From Candidatus Omnitrophota bacterium (lineage in GTDB: Bacteria; Omnitrophota; Gorgyraeia; Gygaellales; Gygaellaceae): a DNA stretch of 64,000 nucleotides. Location: NCBI GenBank assembly GCA_018400015.1, contig JAGYNB010000001.1, positions 198,815 through 262,814 on the forward strand. The letters run 5' to 3'. The notes under the pieces were generated by a model, which did no database searches, had not been told where the DNA came from, and saw only the letters and a program-made list of their open reading frames with translations. Position 1 is the stretch's first letter; each line of letters starts with the position of its first letter. Position numbers and translations under genes: made by a program. This document shows, piece by piece, positions 1 to 10,864 of this stretch.

Positions 1-25
1 AGAATCGCAATAAGCATAAATTGAT

Positions 26-1465
26 ATGAGCGTAAAATTAAAACCAGATTTAGGCTCAATTGAGAAAGCGCCACTTATACGCAAATTCACGGTTTTGTTT
101 ATCGTAATGAGCCTTTTGCCTTTTTTGGTTATTGCATATTTATTTACTCAATATAATAAAGGCGGTTCTATTAATATCGATCAGGATATTCTGCTTATTC
201 TTTTATTCTTGGTTGGTGCAGGAACGTTAGCTGGTTTTTATGGAATGAGGCGTTCAATAGTGAAGATTCAGCAGTTGACAAAATCAGCAACTAAGATTAT
301 TTCCAAGGATATGCCTGGGTTGGGGGAAATTAAGCAAGAACAGAGTGAAATAAATCAGCTTACACACGCGTTTAATTCTGTAACTCAGAATTTAGAGAAT
401 AATATAAAGCGTCTTGAAGCATCTAAGCGTACAATGCAGGATGTTTTATCAAAGCTGGCACTTGGTCTTTCCTCTGCAAAGACCATGGAGACTTTTTTAG
501 ATTTAATTGTTGAGATAACTGCTAATGCATTAGATGCAAAAAGAGGCGTATTGATGCTTTTGGATGAAAAAGGGGAAGCGCTTTATGTAAAAGTCTCATC
601 AGGCTTTGATATGCAGTTTGCCAATATTAAACTTAAAGTTGGCGAAGAAGCTCCCGGCTGGGTGGCAAAGCATAAGAAACCTCTTTTGATTCCTGCTGTT
701 AATAGCCAGGCGCAGAGAATAGAAGAAGCAGACCCTTTTGCACCGCCTTTATTGAGTGCCCCTATGCTATATCAAGATAGGCTTATCGGTGTTTTGACCG
801 TAGTGGGAAAAATTACCGGAGGGAATTTTCAAGAAGACGAACTTATTATAATTCAAAATTTGGCAACTCAAACCGCGGTTGCAGTTGAAAACGATAAGCT
901 TCATAAAGATGCAGAAAAGACTTATATTGAGACAATATCAGCACTTGCTATGGCAGTTGAAGCAAGAGATCCTTATAGCAGAGGCCACTCTGACAGGGTA
1001 GCTAAATATTCTATTGCTGTTGCTAAAAAGCTAGGTTTGGCCGAAGATGAAATTAACGATATAAAACATGCGGGAGAGCTTCATGATGTGGGTAAAATCG
1101 GCATAAGTGATGAGATATTACGTAAGCCCAGTATTTTGAATGATGAAGAAATAAAAGTAATGCATAAACATCCGATCATTGGCGAAGGTATTGTTAAGCC
1201 GGTAAAAAGTTTAGCTCGTTTGTGCGAAACAATAAGACATCATCATGAATGGATTGACGGTAGCGGTTATCCGGATGCTTTAAAGGGCAATGAGATATCA
1301 ACTGCAGCAAAGATTATGGCAGTTACCGATAGTTTTGATGCAATGACAACAGATAGGCCTTATAGAAAAGGTTTGAGCGCTGACCAGGCCAAAGACGAGA
1401 TTAGAAAGTATATAGGCATTAGATACGATAAGAAAATTGCAGAGGCATTTCTAGAAGTAGTTTAA
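26..1465 (+). CDS. HD-GYP domain c-di-GMP phosphodiesterase with N-terminal TM/HAMP and GAF-like sensor region
   Basis: 479-aa ORF. HD..H motifs and HHEWIDGSGYP signature are visible in the translation. The N-terminal hydrophobic segment is followed by a GAF-like region. Confidence 0.8.
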   Translation: MSVKLKPDLGSIEKAPLIRKFTVLFIVMSLLPFLVIAYLFTQYNKGGSINIDQDILLILLFLVGAGTLAGFYGMRRSIVKIQQLTKSATKIISKDMPGLGEIKQEQSEINQLTHAFNSVTQNLENNIKRLEASKRTMQDVLSKLALGLSSAKTMETFLDLIVEITANALDAKRGVLMLLDEKGEALYVKVSSGFDMQFANIKLKVGEEAPGWVAKHKKPLLIPAVNSQAQRIEEADPFAPPLLSAPMLYQDRLIGVLTVVGKITGGNFQEDELIIIQNLATQTAVAVENDKLHKDAEKTYIETISALAMAVEARDPYSRGHSDRVAKYSIAVAKKLGLAEDEINDIKHAGELHDVGKIGISDEILRKPSILNDEEIKVMHKHPIIGEGIVKPVKSLARLCETIRHHHEWIDGSGYPDALKGNEISTAAKIMAVTDSFDAMTTDRPYRKGLSADQAKDEIRKYIGIRYDKKIAEAFLEVV

Positions 1466-1490
1466 TTATTAACAATAAAGGAGAGCGTAG

Positions 1491-2483
1491 ATGGCGAGAA
1501 TATTTTATGATAAAGATGCTGATCTGGGTTTGTTAAAAAATAAAACCGTTGCTATAGTCGGTTATGGCATACAAGGCAGGGGCCAGGCGCTTTGCTTAAG
1601 AGATAGCAAGGTTAAAGTTATAGTTTCCGAACTTGCCAATACCCCAAATTTTAAACAAGCCAAGAAAGACGGTTTTAAGCCTGTCCCGGTCAAAGAGGCT
1701 GCAGAAAAAGCAGATATAATCCAGATTTTAACTCAAGATCATGTTCAGTCTATTGTATACAATAAGTCAATCAAACCTTATTTAAAAAAAGGCAAGGCGC
1801 TTTGTTTTTCTCACGGGTTTAATATTCATTTTAAGGAAATTAAGCCTCCTAAGTTTGTGGATGTGTTTATGGTTGCACCTAAAGGTCCAGGAGCCTTGGT
1901 GAGGAGAATGTATGAAGAAGGCAAAGGCGTACCGTCATTAGTCGCAGTTTACCAGAATGCAAGCGGCAAGGCTTTAAAACTTGCTTTAGCTTATGCCAAG
2001 GCATTAAAAGCTACAACCGCAGGCGTCATAAAGACAACTTTTAAAGAAGAAACCGAGACTGATCTTTTTGGCGAGCAGGCAGTCCTCTGCGGTGGAGTGA
2101 GTGAGCTTATTATGGCTGGTTTCGATACCTTAATTAGAGCAGGTTATCAAAGTGAGATTGCTTATTTTGAAGTTTTGCATGAATTAAAACTTATTACTGA
2201 TCTTATTCAGGAATATGGGATTTCCGGCATGAGAAGGAGAGTTTCCAATACTGCCTGTTATGGTGATCTTTCAAGAGGCAAAAGAATAATAACCAAAAAG
2301 ACGCGTTTGGAAATGGCTAAAATTTTAAAAGAAATCAAATCCGGAAAATTCGCCAGAGAATGGATTCAGGAAAATAAAAAAGGTCGACCCAGTTTTAACA
2401 GGTTGTTATCCGCAGGCGATAAGCATAAGATCGAACAGGTGGGTAAGAAATTAAGGAAAATGATGCCTTGGATGAGGCATTAA
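1491..2483 (+). CDS. ilvC: ketol-acid reductoisomerase
   Basis: 330-aa ORF with an N-terminal Rossmann motif GYGIQG and a conserved class I KARI C-terminal domain. An RBS (aaaggagag) lies upstream. Confidence 0.9.
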   Translation: MARIFYDKDADLGLLKNKTVAIVGYGIQGRGQALCLRDSKVKVIVSELANTPNFKQAKKDGFKPVPVKEAAEKADIIQILTQDHVQSIVYNKSIKPYLKKGKALCFSHGFNIHFKEIKPPKFVDVFMVAPKGPGALVRRMYEEGKGVPSLVAVYQNASGKALKLALAYAKALKATTAGVIKTTFKEETETDLFGEQAVLCGGVSELIMAGFDTLIRAGYQSEIAYFEVLHELKLITDLIQEYGISGMRRRVSNTACYGDLSRGKRIITKKTRLEMAKILKEIKSGKFAREWIQENKKGRPSFNRLLSAGDKHKIEQVGKKLRKMMPWMRH

Positions 2484-2499
2484 TTTACAGGCCAATATT

Positions 2500-4329
2500 A
2501 TGAAAAAAATCTTAAGTTTTTTGTTTATAGGTGTAGGCGTTATTCTTTTGTTTGGCATTGGAATGTATTTTTGGCAGCAAAAACTAACGAGGTTAGAATT
2601 TACTCAGCTCGAAGATCTTGTTTCTGATGATGCGATCGGTTATATTGCTACAGATAATTTAAATGATGTCTTTACAAAATTAGAACAAACGGCGCTTGTT
2701 AAAAATATTGCTAAATCAACGTTTTGGAGCAATTTTGTTGATTCCGATAAGGTAAAGACAGAATATGAAAAAGCATTAAAGGTTAAAGATATTGTCCTTA
2801 GTGTTTTAAAGAAAGGATATTCAGTCGCTTTATTTTCAAGAGAAAAAGCGGAGGTCAATTTTTTGCATTTAGTAGAGCTTACTCCTGAGAGCAAATTCAA
2901 AGAGAAGATACTCAAAATCTTTTTGGATAAAAGTAAAAAAGCAGACGTAGAAAGCTCCAAATATAAAAAGTTTGTTATCAGTACAGTCCATCTGGATAAT
3001 TCTACAATATATTATACCGTTGCTGGGAATATCGCTTTAATATCCGATAACCAACAGCTTTTGACAGAATCTCTCGATTTAGGTTGTAATGTCAATAAGG
3101 ATTCTTTATCTGATAATCCCCGCGTAAACAATGCAAAAAAATTGCTTAACAAGACTGGGCGTTTTATGTGGGTTTGGTTTGATGTAAATAAATGGCAGGA
3201 GGTTTCTTATCAGGCGTTGGAAAAACAAAATGAAGATGCCGTTTTAGATGAGCAATCAATAAACGAGTTTAAGAGCCCTTTTAGCGACGTTTGTTTCGAG
3301 GTTGTTTTCGATAAAGGTTTTGATATAAGAACTGTTTCAGTAATCGATAAAGCATTAGGTGAAGACAATAAACAAATTCAGGCATATAGTCTTTTTTCCG
3401 GCAAGGCTTCCGATAAGAGGTTTCTTAATCTTTATCCTCAGCAGTCTTTGGCCATAGCCAGTATCCATATAGATGATTTTTTAAAATGGTACGATTCGTT
3501 TAAGGGGTATTTGGAAGTTCCTTTGTTCAGCGCGCCCGGAGCTAATAATACGGATAATTTTAAATTAAGCGTTATAAAGAAAAAGCTCATGGATTATTGT
3601 GGAATTGACCTAGAGCAGGAAATTATAGCCAATATCGGCAAAGAGCTAAGTCTTGGTTTTGTCGGTTTTGAAAACCTTGCTATATCCAGTTTAAATAAGA
3701 TGTCTGGTAAGGCTGGTTTTAGTCTTCCTTTGCTACAGTTATTATTGGCTTTCGAGGTTAAGGATAAAGTAATGGTTAAGGCAACGATAGAAAAACTTTA
3801 TAATAAAGTTATAGCTGATCGTAATGATAAGATAATTGCCCAATTGGATATTCCTGAGGCAGAAGAAAGTCAGGAAGTTTTATCCAAGTTGCCTAAGTTC
3901 GAATTGCAGCAGCGGGACTATAAAGGGGATACGGTTTATCAGATAGGTATAGATAGCCCAGAGCTTCAAGATAATCCTCTTTTGTTGGGTTTGACAATGA
4001 TGCCTAGTTTCTCGATAAAAAATAGCGATCTTTTGGTGAGTTTTCCGCCGGAATCAGTCAATAGAGCTTTGGATAACCATCAAAGCAATGAAGATTCAAT
4101 AAGGGCTAATGAGAAAATATCCGATTTGTTAAATGCGGATTATAATTTTATGTTTTTTGTAGATGTCGACGGTATTATAAGTTCACTGGAGTTTCTTTTA
4201 AAGATGCTGCCTCTTCATGAGAGTATCTCCGATATTATAGATATCGTCAACAGCATAGATTTTATAGCTTCAAGGATGTTTAATGGCAGCGAGTTTGCCG
4301 AATCAAATTTTATCTTAGAGTTAAAATAG
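2500..4329 (+). CDS. hypothetical membrane-anchored protein (single N-terminal TM, large extracytoplasmic domain)
   Basis: 609-aa ORF with an N-terminal hydrophobic helix and no motif I recognise. It is tightly packed between ilvC and leuA. Confidence 0.4.
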   Translation: MKKILSFLFIGVGVILLFGIGMYFWQQKLTRLEFTQLEDLVSDDAIGYIATDNLNDVFTKLEQTALVKNIAKSTFWSNFVDSDKVKTEYEKALKVKDIVLSVLKKGYSVALFSREKAEVNFLHLVELTPESKFKEKILKIFLDKSKKADVESSKYKKFVISTVHLDNSTIYYTVAGNIALISDNQQLLTESLDLGCNVNKDSLSDNPRVNNAKKLLNKTGRFMWVWFDVNKWQEVSYQALEKQNEDAVLDEQSINEFKSPFSDVCFEVVFDKGFDIRTVSVIDKALGEDNKQIQAYSLFSGKASDKRFLNLYPQQSLAIASIHIDDFLKWYDSFKGYLEVPLFSAPGANNTDNFKLSVIKKKLMDYCGIDLEQEIIANIGKELSLGFVGFENLAISSLNKMSGKAGFSLPLLQLLLAFEVKDKVMVKATIEKLYNKVIADRNDKIIAQLDIPEAEESQEVLSKLPKFELQQRDYKGDTVYQIGIDSPELQDNPLLLGLTMMPSFSIKNSDLLVSFPPESVNRALDNHQSNEDSIRANEKISDLLNADYNFMFFVDVDGIISSLEFLLKMLPLHESISDIIDIVNSIDFIASRMFNGSEFAESNFILELK

Positions 4330-4331
4330 CA

Positions 4332-5840
4332 ATGAACAATAAAGTATACATATTCGATACCACGCTTAGAGACGGTGAACAGGCTCCGGGTGCGAGTTTA
4401 AATGAACTGGAAAAACTCGAGATTGCTTTTCAGTTAGAAAAGTTAGGCGTAGATATTATCGAGGCTGGGTTTCCTATATCATCAAAGGGAGATTTCAGTG
4501 CTGTTAAGCTTGTTGCAACAAGTTTAAAAAGGGCAAAGGTGTGTGGCTTGGCCCGTGCAATAAAAAAAGATATCGATGCTGCTGCCAGTGCATTAAGGAC
4601 TGCTGCATCGGCCCGCATACATGTATTCTTGGCAACTTCCAAGATACACATGAAGTATAAGCTTAAGAAAGCCGAAGAAGAAATCCTTCGTTTGGCAGTC
4701 CAAGCTGTAAAATATGCCAAGAGAAAATGCAGTGATGTTGAGTTTTCCCCCGAAGACGCCTCTAGAACCGACAAAAGTTTTTTGTATAAAATAGTAGAAG
4801 CGGTAATTGATGCTGGTGCGACAACAGTGAATATCCCTGATACCGTAGGTTATATTGAACCTGAAGAATTCGGTTTGTTGATCCACGACATCTTCAACAA
4901 TGTTTTTAATATAAATAAGGCTGTGATTAGCGTTCATTGTCATAATGATTTAGGTCTTGCCGTAAGTAATTCTTTGAGTGCGGTGAAAAACGGAGCAAGG
5001 CAGGTAGAGTGCACTATTAACGGTATTGGAGAGCGCGCTGGTAATGCCTCGATGGAAGAGATTGTTATGGCGATAAACACCAGACAAGATATATTCAAAA
5101 ACTTAAAGACCAATATTGATACAAAAAGCATTACTAAGGTTTCCCGTATTGTCAGTAAGCTTACCGGTTTTCCAGTTGCTCCCAATAAGGCGATAGTGGG
5201 CGCCAATGCGTTTAGACATGAATCCGGAATACATCAAGACGGGGTGTTGAAAGAACGTTCTACTTATGAGATTATTAGACCCGAAGACGTTGGTTTCAAA
5301 GAAGAAGGTCTTGTTTTAGGCAAGCATTCGGGAAGGCATGCTTTCAAAGAACGCCTGAAGGCATTGTCAATAAAATTGAGCGAAAAGGATCTTGAACGTG
5401 CATTTACTATGTTTAAGCAGCTGGCGGATAAGAAAAAAACAGTATACGACGATGATCTGATTGCTATTGTTGATGAGCAGATTAGACGTATTCAGAATAG
5501 GTGGCAGCTAGTGTCTTTTAAGATAACAAGCGGTACAGGTCTTTTGCCGCAATCCGAGGTAAGGCTAAGATATAAGAATAAAGAAACAACTAAGGTTTCA
5601 TCTGGCGATGGTCCCGTAGATGCATGTTGTAAGGCAATCGATAAAATTACAGGTAAAAAATCTAAACTTTTGGAATATAAGCTTGGTGCAGTGACTTCCG
5701 GCAAAGACGCACTAGGCGAAGTAAATGTTCGCGTTAAGATCAACAAAGATATAATAATGGGTAGGGGAACAAGTACCGATATTATTGAAGCTTCCATTAA
5801 AGCATATTTAAACGCAATTAATAAATCTTTCCGTGCCTAA
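4332..5840 (+). CDS. leuA: 2-isopropylmalate synthase / citramalate synthase family enzyme
   Basis: 502-aa ORF with a DRE-TIM metallolyase N-domain (LRDGEQ, HCHNDLGLAV) and a LeuA-dimer-like C-terminal domain. LeuA cannot be distinguished from CimA by eye. Confidence 0.8.
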   Translation: MNNKVYIFDTTLRDGEQAPGASLNELEKLEIAFQLEKLGVDIIEAGFPISSKGDFSAVKLVATSLKRAKVCGLARAIKKDIDAAASALRTAASARIHVFLATSKIHMKYKLKKAEEEILRLAVQAVKYAKRKCSDVEFSPEDASRTDKSFLYKIVEAVIDAGATTVNIPDTVGYIEPEEFGLLIHDIFNNVFNINKAVISVHCHNDLGLAVSNSLSAVKNGARQVECTINGIGERAGNASMEEIVMAINTRQDIFKNLKTNIDTKSITKVSRIVSKLTGFPVAPNKAIVGANAFRHESGIHQDGVLKERSTYEIIRPEDVGFKEEGLVLGKHSGRHAFKERLKALSIKLSEKDLERAFTMFKQLADKKKTVYDDDLIAIVDEQIRRIQNRWQLVSFKITSGTGLLPQSEVRLRYKNKETTKVSSGDGPVDACCKAIDKITGKKSKLLEYKLGAVTSGKDALGEVNVRVKINKDIIMGRGTSTDIIEASIKAYLNAINKSFRA

Positions 5841-6280
5841 TGGGCAATAGATACTTTGCTAAAATATTGATATTTGTTTTAATAGTTGTTATTGTTGTTA
5901 TTATTTTCAACCAAGGATTTATTCGTAACACTCTGCAGGATTCATCTTCTTTTTTTGAAAAAGCCAAAGATAATTTCTCTTCCCAGTTTGACAAAAAAAG
6001 ATCTGCTCCCATTACTTTGATAGAGAAAGAGGAGAACCTCAGGCTTTTCATGGGGCCTTTGGTACATGATTTTACTCAAGAAGATTGGGATAGGTTCTGG
6101 AATGTTATTTACGGCATGCAGGAAAAGCCTGCGGATAACCCGTTTTTACCCAAAGAATTCTATCAGTATTCCATAGAACAAGCTCAGGATCAATTAAGGC
6201 GTATGTTCCCGGGAAGTTTTGGCAGGTTAGGTCCTGAACATTGGTCATATATCTGGAGAGAGATAATAAAGACTAATTAA
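5840..6280 (+). CDS. hypothetical small membrane-anchored protein
   Basis: 146-aa ORF with an N-terminal hydrophobic helix. Its start overlaps the leuA stop. Confidence 0.35.
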   Translation: MGNRYFAKILIFVLIVVIVVIIFNQGFIRNTLQDSSSFFEKAKDNFSSQFDKKRSAPITLIEKEENLRLFMGPLVHDFTQEDWDRFWNVIYGMQEKPADNPFLPKEFYQYSIEQAQDQLRRMFPGSFGRLGPEHWSYIWREIIKTN

Positions 6281-6282
6281 AA

Positions 6283-7260
6283 ATGAGTGATAAAAAAAGA
6301 ATCTTTGGATTAATTGGTTATCCGGTTAAACATAGTCTTTCACCGGTTATGCACAATGCCGGTTTTAAGGCTTTAGGAATAGATGCAGAATACAAATTAT
6401 TTGAAGTCACACCGGAAAGGTTAGAGGAATTCCTACTAGGTAAAGGAGTATTTAAGGATACTGAAGGCAATGAAATCCCAGCCCAAGACGTGGAAGGTTT
6501 TAATGTCACAATCCCGCATAAGGTAAAAGCTAAACAGATTCTAGAGAAGGTTAATAAGACTCAGAAAGAATTGCTTGAATCAACCCCGCAGGAATTAAAT
6601 GCAAACAAATACGGAGCAGTAAACACAGTCAGAAGAAGAAATGGCAATATAGAATACTGTAATACTGACGGAAAAGGCTTTTGGATGTCTTTGTGGAATG
6701 ATTTAGGATTCGATCTTAGCAATAAAACTGTTATTGTTTTTGGCTGCGGTGGCGCAGGACAAACAATTGGATCAGCTTTGAGTGTGTATAAAAACAACCA
6801 TGTAAGTAGATTATATATGTATGATCCAAATACCAAAGCAGTTGATATGGTAAAGAGTCATTTTGATTACTTAGTTAATTATGAAAATAGAGATAAAGAA
6901 AGAATGTATAAAGATATAATAAAAAGGATAGAGTTTGTTGATAAAAAAGATATTCCTTCAGTTATAAAAGACTGTGATTTGTTGGTTAATGCATCAAGTT
7001 TGGGTATGAAAGAAGATGATCCTTCGGTAGTTGATAAGCAAAATCTGCGCGAGAATTTATTTGTTTATGATATAATATATCATCGAGAAACACAGCTTAT
7101 AAAAGACGCTAAAGAAGCTGGCTGTAAGCATGCAGATGGTCGAGGCATGCTTTTATATCAGGGTATTGCAGCGTTTGAGTTATGGATGGATGCAACAGAT
7201 AAAAAACATGTTGATCCGATGAAAAAAGCTTTATATGAAGCGCTAGATAAAGGAAAATAA
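6283..7260 (+). CDS. aroE: shikimate dehydrogenase (with internal insertion)
   Basis: The N-terminal GLIGYPVKHSLSP and NVTIPHK motifs are typical of AroE. A GCGGAG Rossmann motif is present. At 325 aa it is longer than usual. Confidence 0.8.
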   Translation: MSDKKRIFGLIGYPVKHSLSPVMHNAGFKALGIDAEYKLFEVTPERLEEFLLGKGVFKDTEGNEIPAQDVEGFNVTIPHKVKAKQILEKVNKTQKELLESTPQELNANKYGAVNTVRRRNGNIEYCNTDGKGFWMSLWNDLGFDLSNKTVIVFGCGGAGQTIGSALSVYKNNHVSRLYMYDPNTKAVDMVKSHFDYLVNYENRDKERMYKDIIKRIEFVDKKDIPSVIKDCDLLVNASSLGMKEDDPSVVDKQNLRENLFVYDIIYHRETQLIKDAKEAGCKHADGRGMLLYQGIAAFELWMDATDKKHVDPMKKALYEALDKGK

Positions 7261-7264
7261 ATAA

Positions 7265-8080
7265 ATGTTTAATGCTATTGTAATATTCTTATTGGGTTTG
7301 ATTGTAGGCAGTTTTTTAAATGTCTGTATTTTCAGAATGCCCAGAGGTATTTCAGTTGTAAAGCCGCGATCATTTTGCCCGCAGTGTAAGAAAATGGTCC
7401 GCTGGTATGAGAATATCCCTTTATTTAGTTATATTGTTTTGCGCGGTAAGTGTCCAAATTGTAAAACAAAGATAAGTTTTCGTTATTTTGTTGTTGAGTT
7501 ATTGACTGGAGTAAGTTTTTTAGCGCTTTATATTAGGTTTGGTTTAAAAATAGATCTTATTACAAATTTGATTTTAGTTTCAAGTCTCATTATTGCTACG
7601 TTCGTTGATATAGATTTTCGTGAAATACCCGACGAGATAACTATCGGCGGGATGGTGGTTGGGTTATTGTTCGGCTTGGTAAAAACTTTTTCTACAGGGT
7701 TTAGCATGAGCTGGGATCTTCCGGTCATACAATCTCTTATCGGTTTACTGGCAGGAGGAGGACTACTTTACATTACCGGGCTCTTTGGAAATTTCTTGTT
7801 TTTTAAACTTATGAAAAGAGATAATATCGATGGAGAGACTGAGAGTATGGGCGGAGGAGATATAAAGCTTTTGGCGATGATTGGGAGTTTTTTAGGCTGG
7901 AAGATAGCGGTGTTAGTATTTTTCATAGCCCCATTCATCGGATCTTTCGCAGGAATTTACGAATTAATAAAGACAAAAAAACACACCATACCTTATGGAC
8001 CGGCTATCGCATTAGCGAGTGTGGTGTCTATTTTCTGGGCGGATAAAATCGTATTGTGGCTTTTTGGTATTAGACTTTAA
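7265..8080 (+). CDS. pilD: prepilin peptidase (A24 family)
   Basis: A CPxC...CPNC zinc-binding N-terminal domain is followed by polytopic membrane helices with conserved Asp residues. The arrangement is typical of PilD/GspO. Confidence 0.8.
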   Translation: MFNAIVIFLLGLIVGSFLNVCIFRMPRGISVVKPRSFCPQCKKMVRWYENIPLFSYIVLRGKCPNCKTKISFRYFVVELLTGVSFLALYIRFGLKIDLITNLILVSSLIIATFVDIDFREIPDEITIGGMVVGLLFGLVKTFSTGFSMSWDLPVIQSLIGLLAGGGLLYITGLFGNFLFFKLMKRDNIDGETESMGGGDIKLLAMIGSFLGWKIAVLVFFIAPFIGSFAGIYELIKTKKHTIPYGPAIALASVVSIFWADKIVLWLFGIRL

Positions 8081-8101
8081 ATTTTATTTAAGGAGGACGA
8101 G

Positions 8102-9142
8102 ATGTTAAGATATCTTACCGCTGGTGAATCTCACGGGAAGTGTCTTGTGGGTATTATTGAAGGTATTCCTTCGGGTGTAAGAATAGATGATAAGAAGATT
8201 AATCATGAACTTAAACGCAGGCAGTCCGGATATGGCCGTGGCCCGCGCATGAAGATGGAGTTTGATAAGGCGGAGATTCTTTCTGGCGTGAGAAGATCTA
8301 TTACTATAGGCTCGCCCATTGCATTGTTAATTAAGAATAAGGATCATTCTATCGACAGTTTAAGCGCTTTTTCTAATCCTCGACCTGGTCATGCCGATTT
8401 GCCAGGAGCTTTAAAATACGGTTTTAGCGATATGCGCAGTGTCTTAGAGCGTGCTTCTGCCAGGAAAACCGCAATAGATGTTGCTATAGGTGCGATATGT
8501 AAACAGTTAATTGATAATTTTAAGATATCGTTATCAAGCAGAACGATAAGTGTTGGTGGTGAAGTTATAGTTTCTAAGATTCACAAGAAAATTGATTTGG
8601 CAAAGAGGAATAAAGATACTCTCGGCGGTATTTTCCAGGTGTGCGTAAAAAATGTTCCTGTTGGTTTAGGCAGTTATGTCCATGCAGACAGGCGTCTTAA
8701 TGCGCTAATTGCAGCAGCTTTAATGGGTATACCAGGAATAAAGAGCGTTGAGTTTGGTTTAGGTATTGCTTTGGCTGAAAAATTCGGCTCCCAGGTCCAT
8801 GATGTTATAGCATATACAAGAAACAAAGGAATTTATAGAAAAACCAACAATGCCGGAGGTATAGAAGGCGGAATGTCAAATGGAGAAGACATTATTGTCA
8901 GTTGTGCGATGAAACCAATAACCACATTGGCCAATCCATTAGATAGTATAGAGTTAAAAACAAAGAAAAAGACCAAGGCAACTGTTCAGCGCGCAGATAT
9001 ATGCGCAATTGAAGCTGCTGGAGTAATAGCAGAAGGCGTTGTTGCTTTTGAGATTGCAAAAGCATTGATGGATAAATTCGGCAGCGATTCTTTAGCTGAG
9101 ATAAAAAACAGTTTGCAAAGCTACTTAAAAAAAATCCGATAA
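8102..9142 (+). CDS. aroC: chorismate synthase
   Basis: The N-terminal LTAGESHG motif and overall similarity match AroC. The ORF is 346 aa. Confidence 0.85.
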   Translation: MLRYLTAGESHGKCLVGIIEGIPSGVRIDDKKINHELKRRQSGYGRGPRMKMEFDKAEILSGVRRSITIGSPIALLIKNKDHSIDSLSAFSNPRPGHADLPGALKYGFSDMRSVLERASARKTAIDVAIGAICKQLIDNFKISLSSRTISVGGEVIVSKIHKKIDLAKRNKDTLGGIFQVCVKNVPVGLGSYVHADRRLNALIAAALMGIPGIKSVEFGLGIALAEKFGSQVHDVIAYTRNKGIYRKTNNAGGIEGGMSNGEDIIVSCAMKPITTLANPLDSIELKTKKKTKATVQRADICAIEAAGVIAEGVVAFEIAKALMDKFGSDSLAEIKNSLQSYLKKIR

Positions 9143-9164
9143 TTTCCGGCCGATTTCCAATTGC

Positions 9165-9198
9165 AGGCCCCACTATTTTAGTGGGGCGGTTTTTTTTG
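9165..9198 (+). terminator. rho-independent terminator after aroC
   Basis: A GC-rich hairpin (ggccccac...gtggggc) is followed by a T-run. Confidence 0.6.
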
Positions 9199-9233
9199 AC
9201 ATAGGTTTGTAACTATGTTAAAATCATAGCATT

Positions 9234-9740
9234 ATGAAAAATGTTTATTTGGTTGGGTTTATGGGTACAGGTAAGACCGTAGCGGGTCGTATTCTAGCCA
9301 GGCTCTTGGGTAGAAATTTTATTGATTTAGATGATTTGATAGAGCTTTCAGAATCTTCCACCATCAACGATATATTCTGCGATAAAGGTGAAAGCGCCTT
9401 TAGAGACCTAGAAACTACCCATCTTAAGAAGATTTCAAATGAAAATAATCTTATTGTTGCCTGTGGCGGTGGTATTGTTATAAAGCAGGACAATATCGAT
9501 ATAATGAAGAGCACAGGTATAATTGTTTGTTTAACAGCAAGTCCCGAGATTATCTTTAACAGGGTAAAGTTAAACACGGCTCGTCCGCTTCTGAACGTGG
9601 ATAATCCTCCGGACAAGATTAAAAAACTTCTTGAAATAAGAAAATCTTTTTATGAAAAGGCGGATTTTCAGATCGATACTTCAGGTATAAGCGAAGAAGA
9701 GGTTGCAAATAGAATATTAGATACTATTAAAATACAATGA
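9234..9740 (+). CDS. aroK: shikimate kinase
   Basis: 168-aa ORF with a P-loop GFMGTGKT and the shikimate kinase fold. Confidence 0.85.
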   Translation: MKNVYLVGFMGTGKTVAGRILARLLGRNFIDLDDLIELSESSTINDIFCDKGESAFRDLETTHLKKISNENNLIVACGGGIVIKQDNIDIMKSTGIIVCLTASPEIIFNRVKLNTARPLLNVDNPPDKIKKLLEIRKSFYEKADFQIDTSGISEEEVANRILDTIKIQ

Positions 9741-10864
9741 CCGATAAAGAAGCTTTGATATTATTAAATATGGTGCCTGGCTTGGGGATCAAAAGATTCA
9801 AATCTTTACTCGATGCTTTCAGTTCTGCATCTAGTGTTTTACAAGCGAAAACAGAAGATTTACAAAAAATATCTTCGATTGGTTTAAAAATCGCTTTGGG
9901 AATAAAAAAAGTTAACAATTCTCAAATGCTCGATAAAGAGCTTAGTTTTATTAAAGAAAACAATGTTGTTGTCAGCACCTTTTTAGATGACGATTACCCA
10001 TCATTTTTAAAGGATATTTACGATCCGCCGATAATGATTTACAGAAAAGGTAAAATCGGTGTATGTAATAATGTCGGTGTTGCTGTTGTTGGTTCAAGAA
10101 AAGCCTCGAATTATGGTTTGAGAATAGCCAGGGAATTTTCCTTTGAGTTAGCAAAGGCAGGTTTGGTTGTAGTTTCCGGTTTAGCTCGCGGGATTGATAC
10201 TGCAGCACACCAGGCAGCAATTGAAGCAAAAAGGCCAACCGTTGCTGTATTAGGAAGCGGTTTGGCGGATATTTATCCAAAGGAAAATAAGGTTCTGGCT
10301 GAGCGTATAGCAGAAATAGGTGAGGTTATTTCTGAATTTCCTATGCAAGAATCTCCAAAAGCAAGTAATTTCCCCAGGAGAAACCGTATTATCAGCGGTT
10401 TGTCTAGAGCTGTATTAGTAGTGGAGGCAGCTGAAAAAAGCGGGGCTTTAATTACTGCTGATTTTGCTTTAGAGCAAGGAAAAGATGTTTATGCTGTTCC
10501 CGGAGAATTGAATAATCCTAATTCATCAGGAACAAATAATCTTATTAAGCAAGGGGCATGTTTGGTAAGGAATACTGATGATTTATTGGTAGAACTTGGA
10601 CTTGACTTGAAAAAAGACCTTGAAAAGCGAACCCATACAGATAAAAGCAGTCTTTTTACTCAAATCTCTTTAAACGAAGATCAACTTAGGATATTCAGCG
10701 TCTTGTCGGATGAACCGATTGATATCGATTGTATATCACAGCTCATCAGAATGAAACCGGAAGCCTTGATGGAAACGCTTATGCAACTGGAGATGAATCA
10801 GCTTATAAAGCAGCTTCCAGGCAAACGTTTTATATTAAAAAAGGAGTCTTTTTTATATGAGTAA
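9737..10864 (+). CDS. dprA: DNA processing protein DprA (Smf)
   Basis: A Rossmann-like DprA core (VVGSRKAS...SGLARGIDT) and a C-terminal winged-helix region are present. It sits in the typical position upstream of topA. Confidence 0.85.
   Translation: MTDKEALILLNMVPGLGIKRFKSLLDAFSSASSVLQAKTEDLQKISSIGLKIALGIKKVNNSQMLDKELSFIKENNVVVSTFLDDDYPSFLKDIYDPPIMIYRKGKIGVCNNVGVAVVGSRKASNYGLRIAREFSFELAKAGLVVVSGLARGIDTAAHQAAIEAKRPTVAVLGSGLADIYPKENKVLAERIAEIGEVISEFPMQESPKASNFPRRNRIISGLSRAVLVVEAAEKSGALITADFALEQGKDVYAVPGELNNPNSSGTNNLIKQGACLVRNTDDLLVELGLDLKKDLEKRTHTDKSSLFTQISLNEDQLRIFSVLSDEPIDIDCISQLIRMKPEALMETLMQLEMNQLIKQLPGKRFILKKESFLYE

Noticed and set aside
2640-5797. Several minus-strand ORFs of 88-116 aa inside the unknown 609-aa gene and leuA (2640-2960, 4430-4774, 4593-4943, 4940-5206, 5492-5797)
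   Set aside because: They lie antisense to well-supported plus-strand genes with conserved motifs. They have no RBS and no recognisable domains, so they are shadow ORFs.
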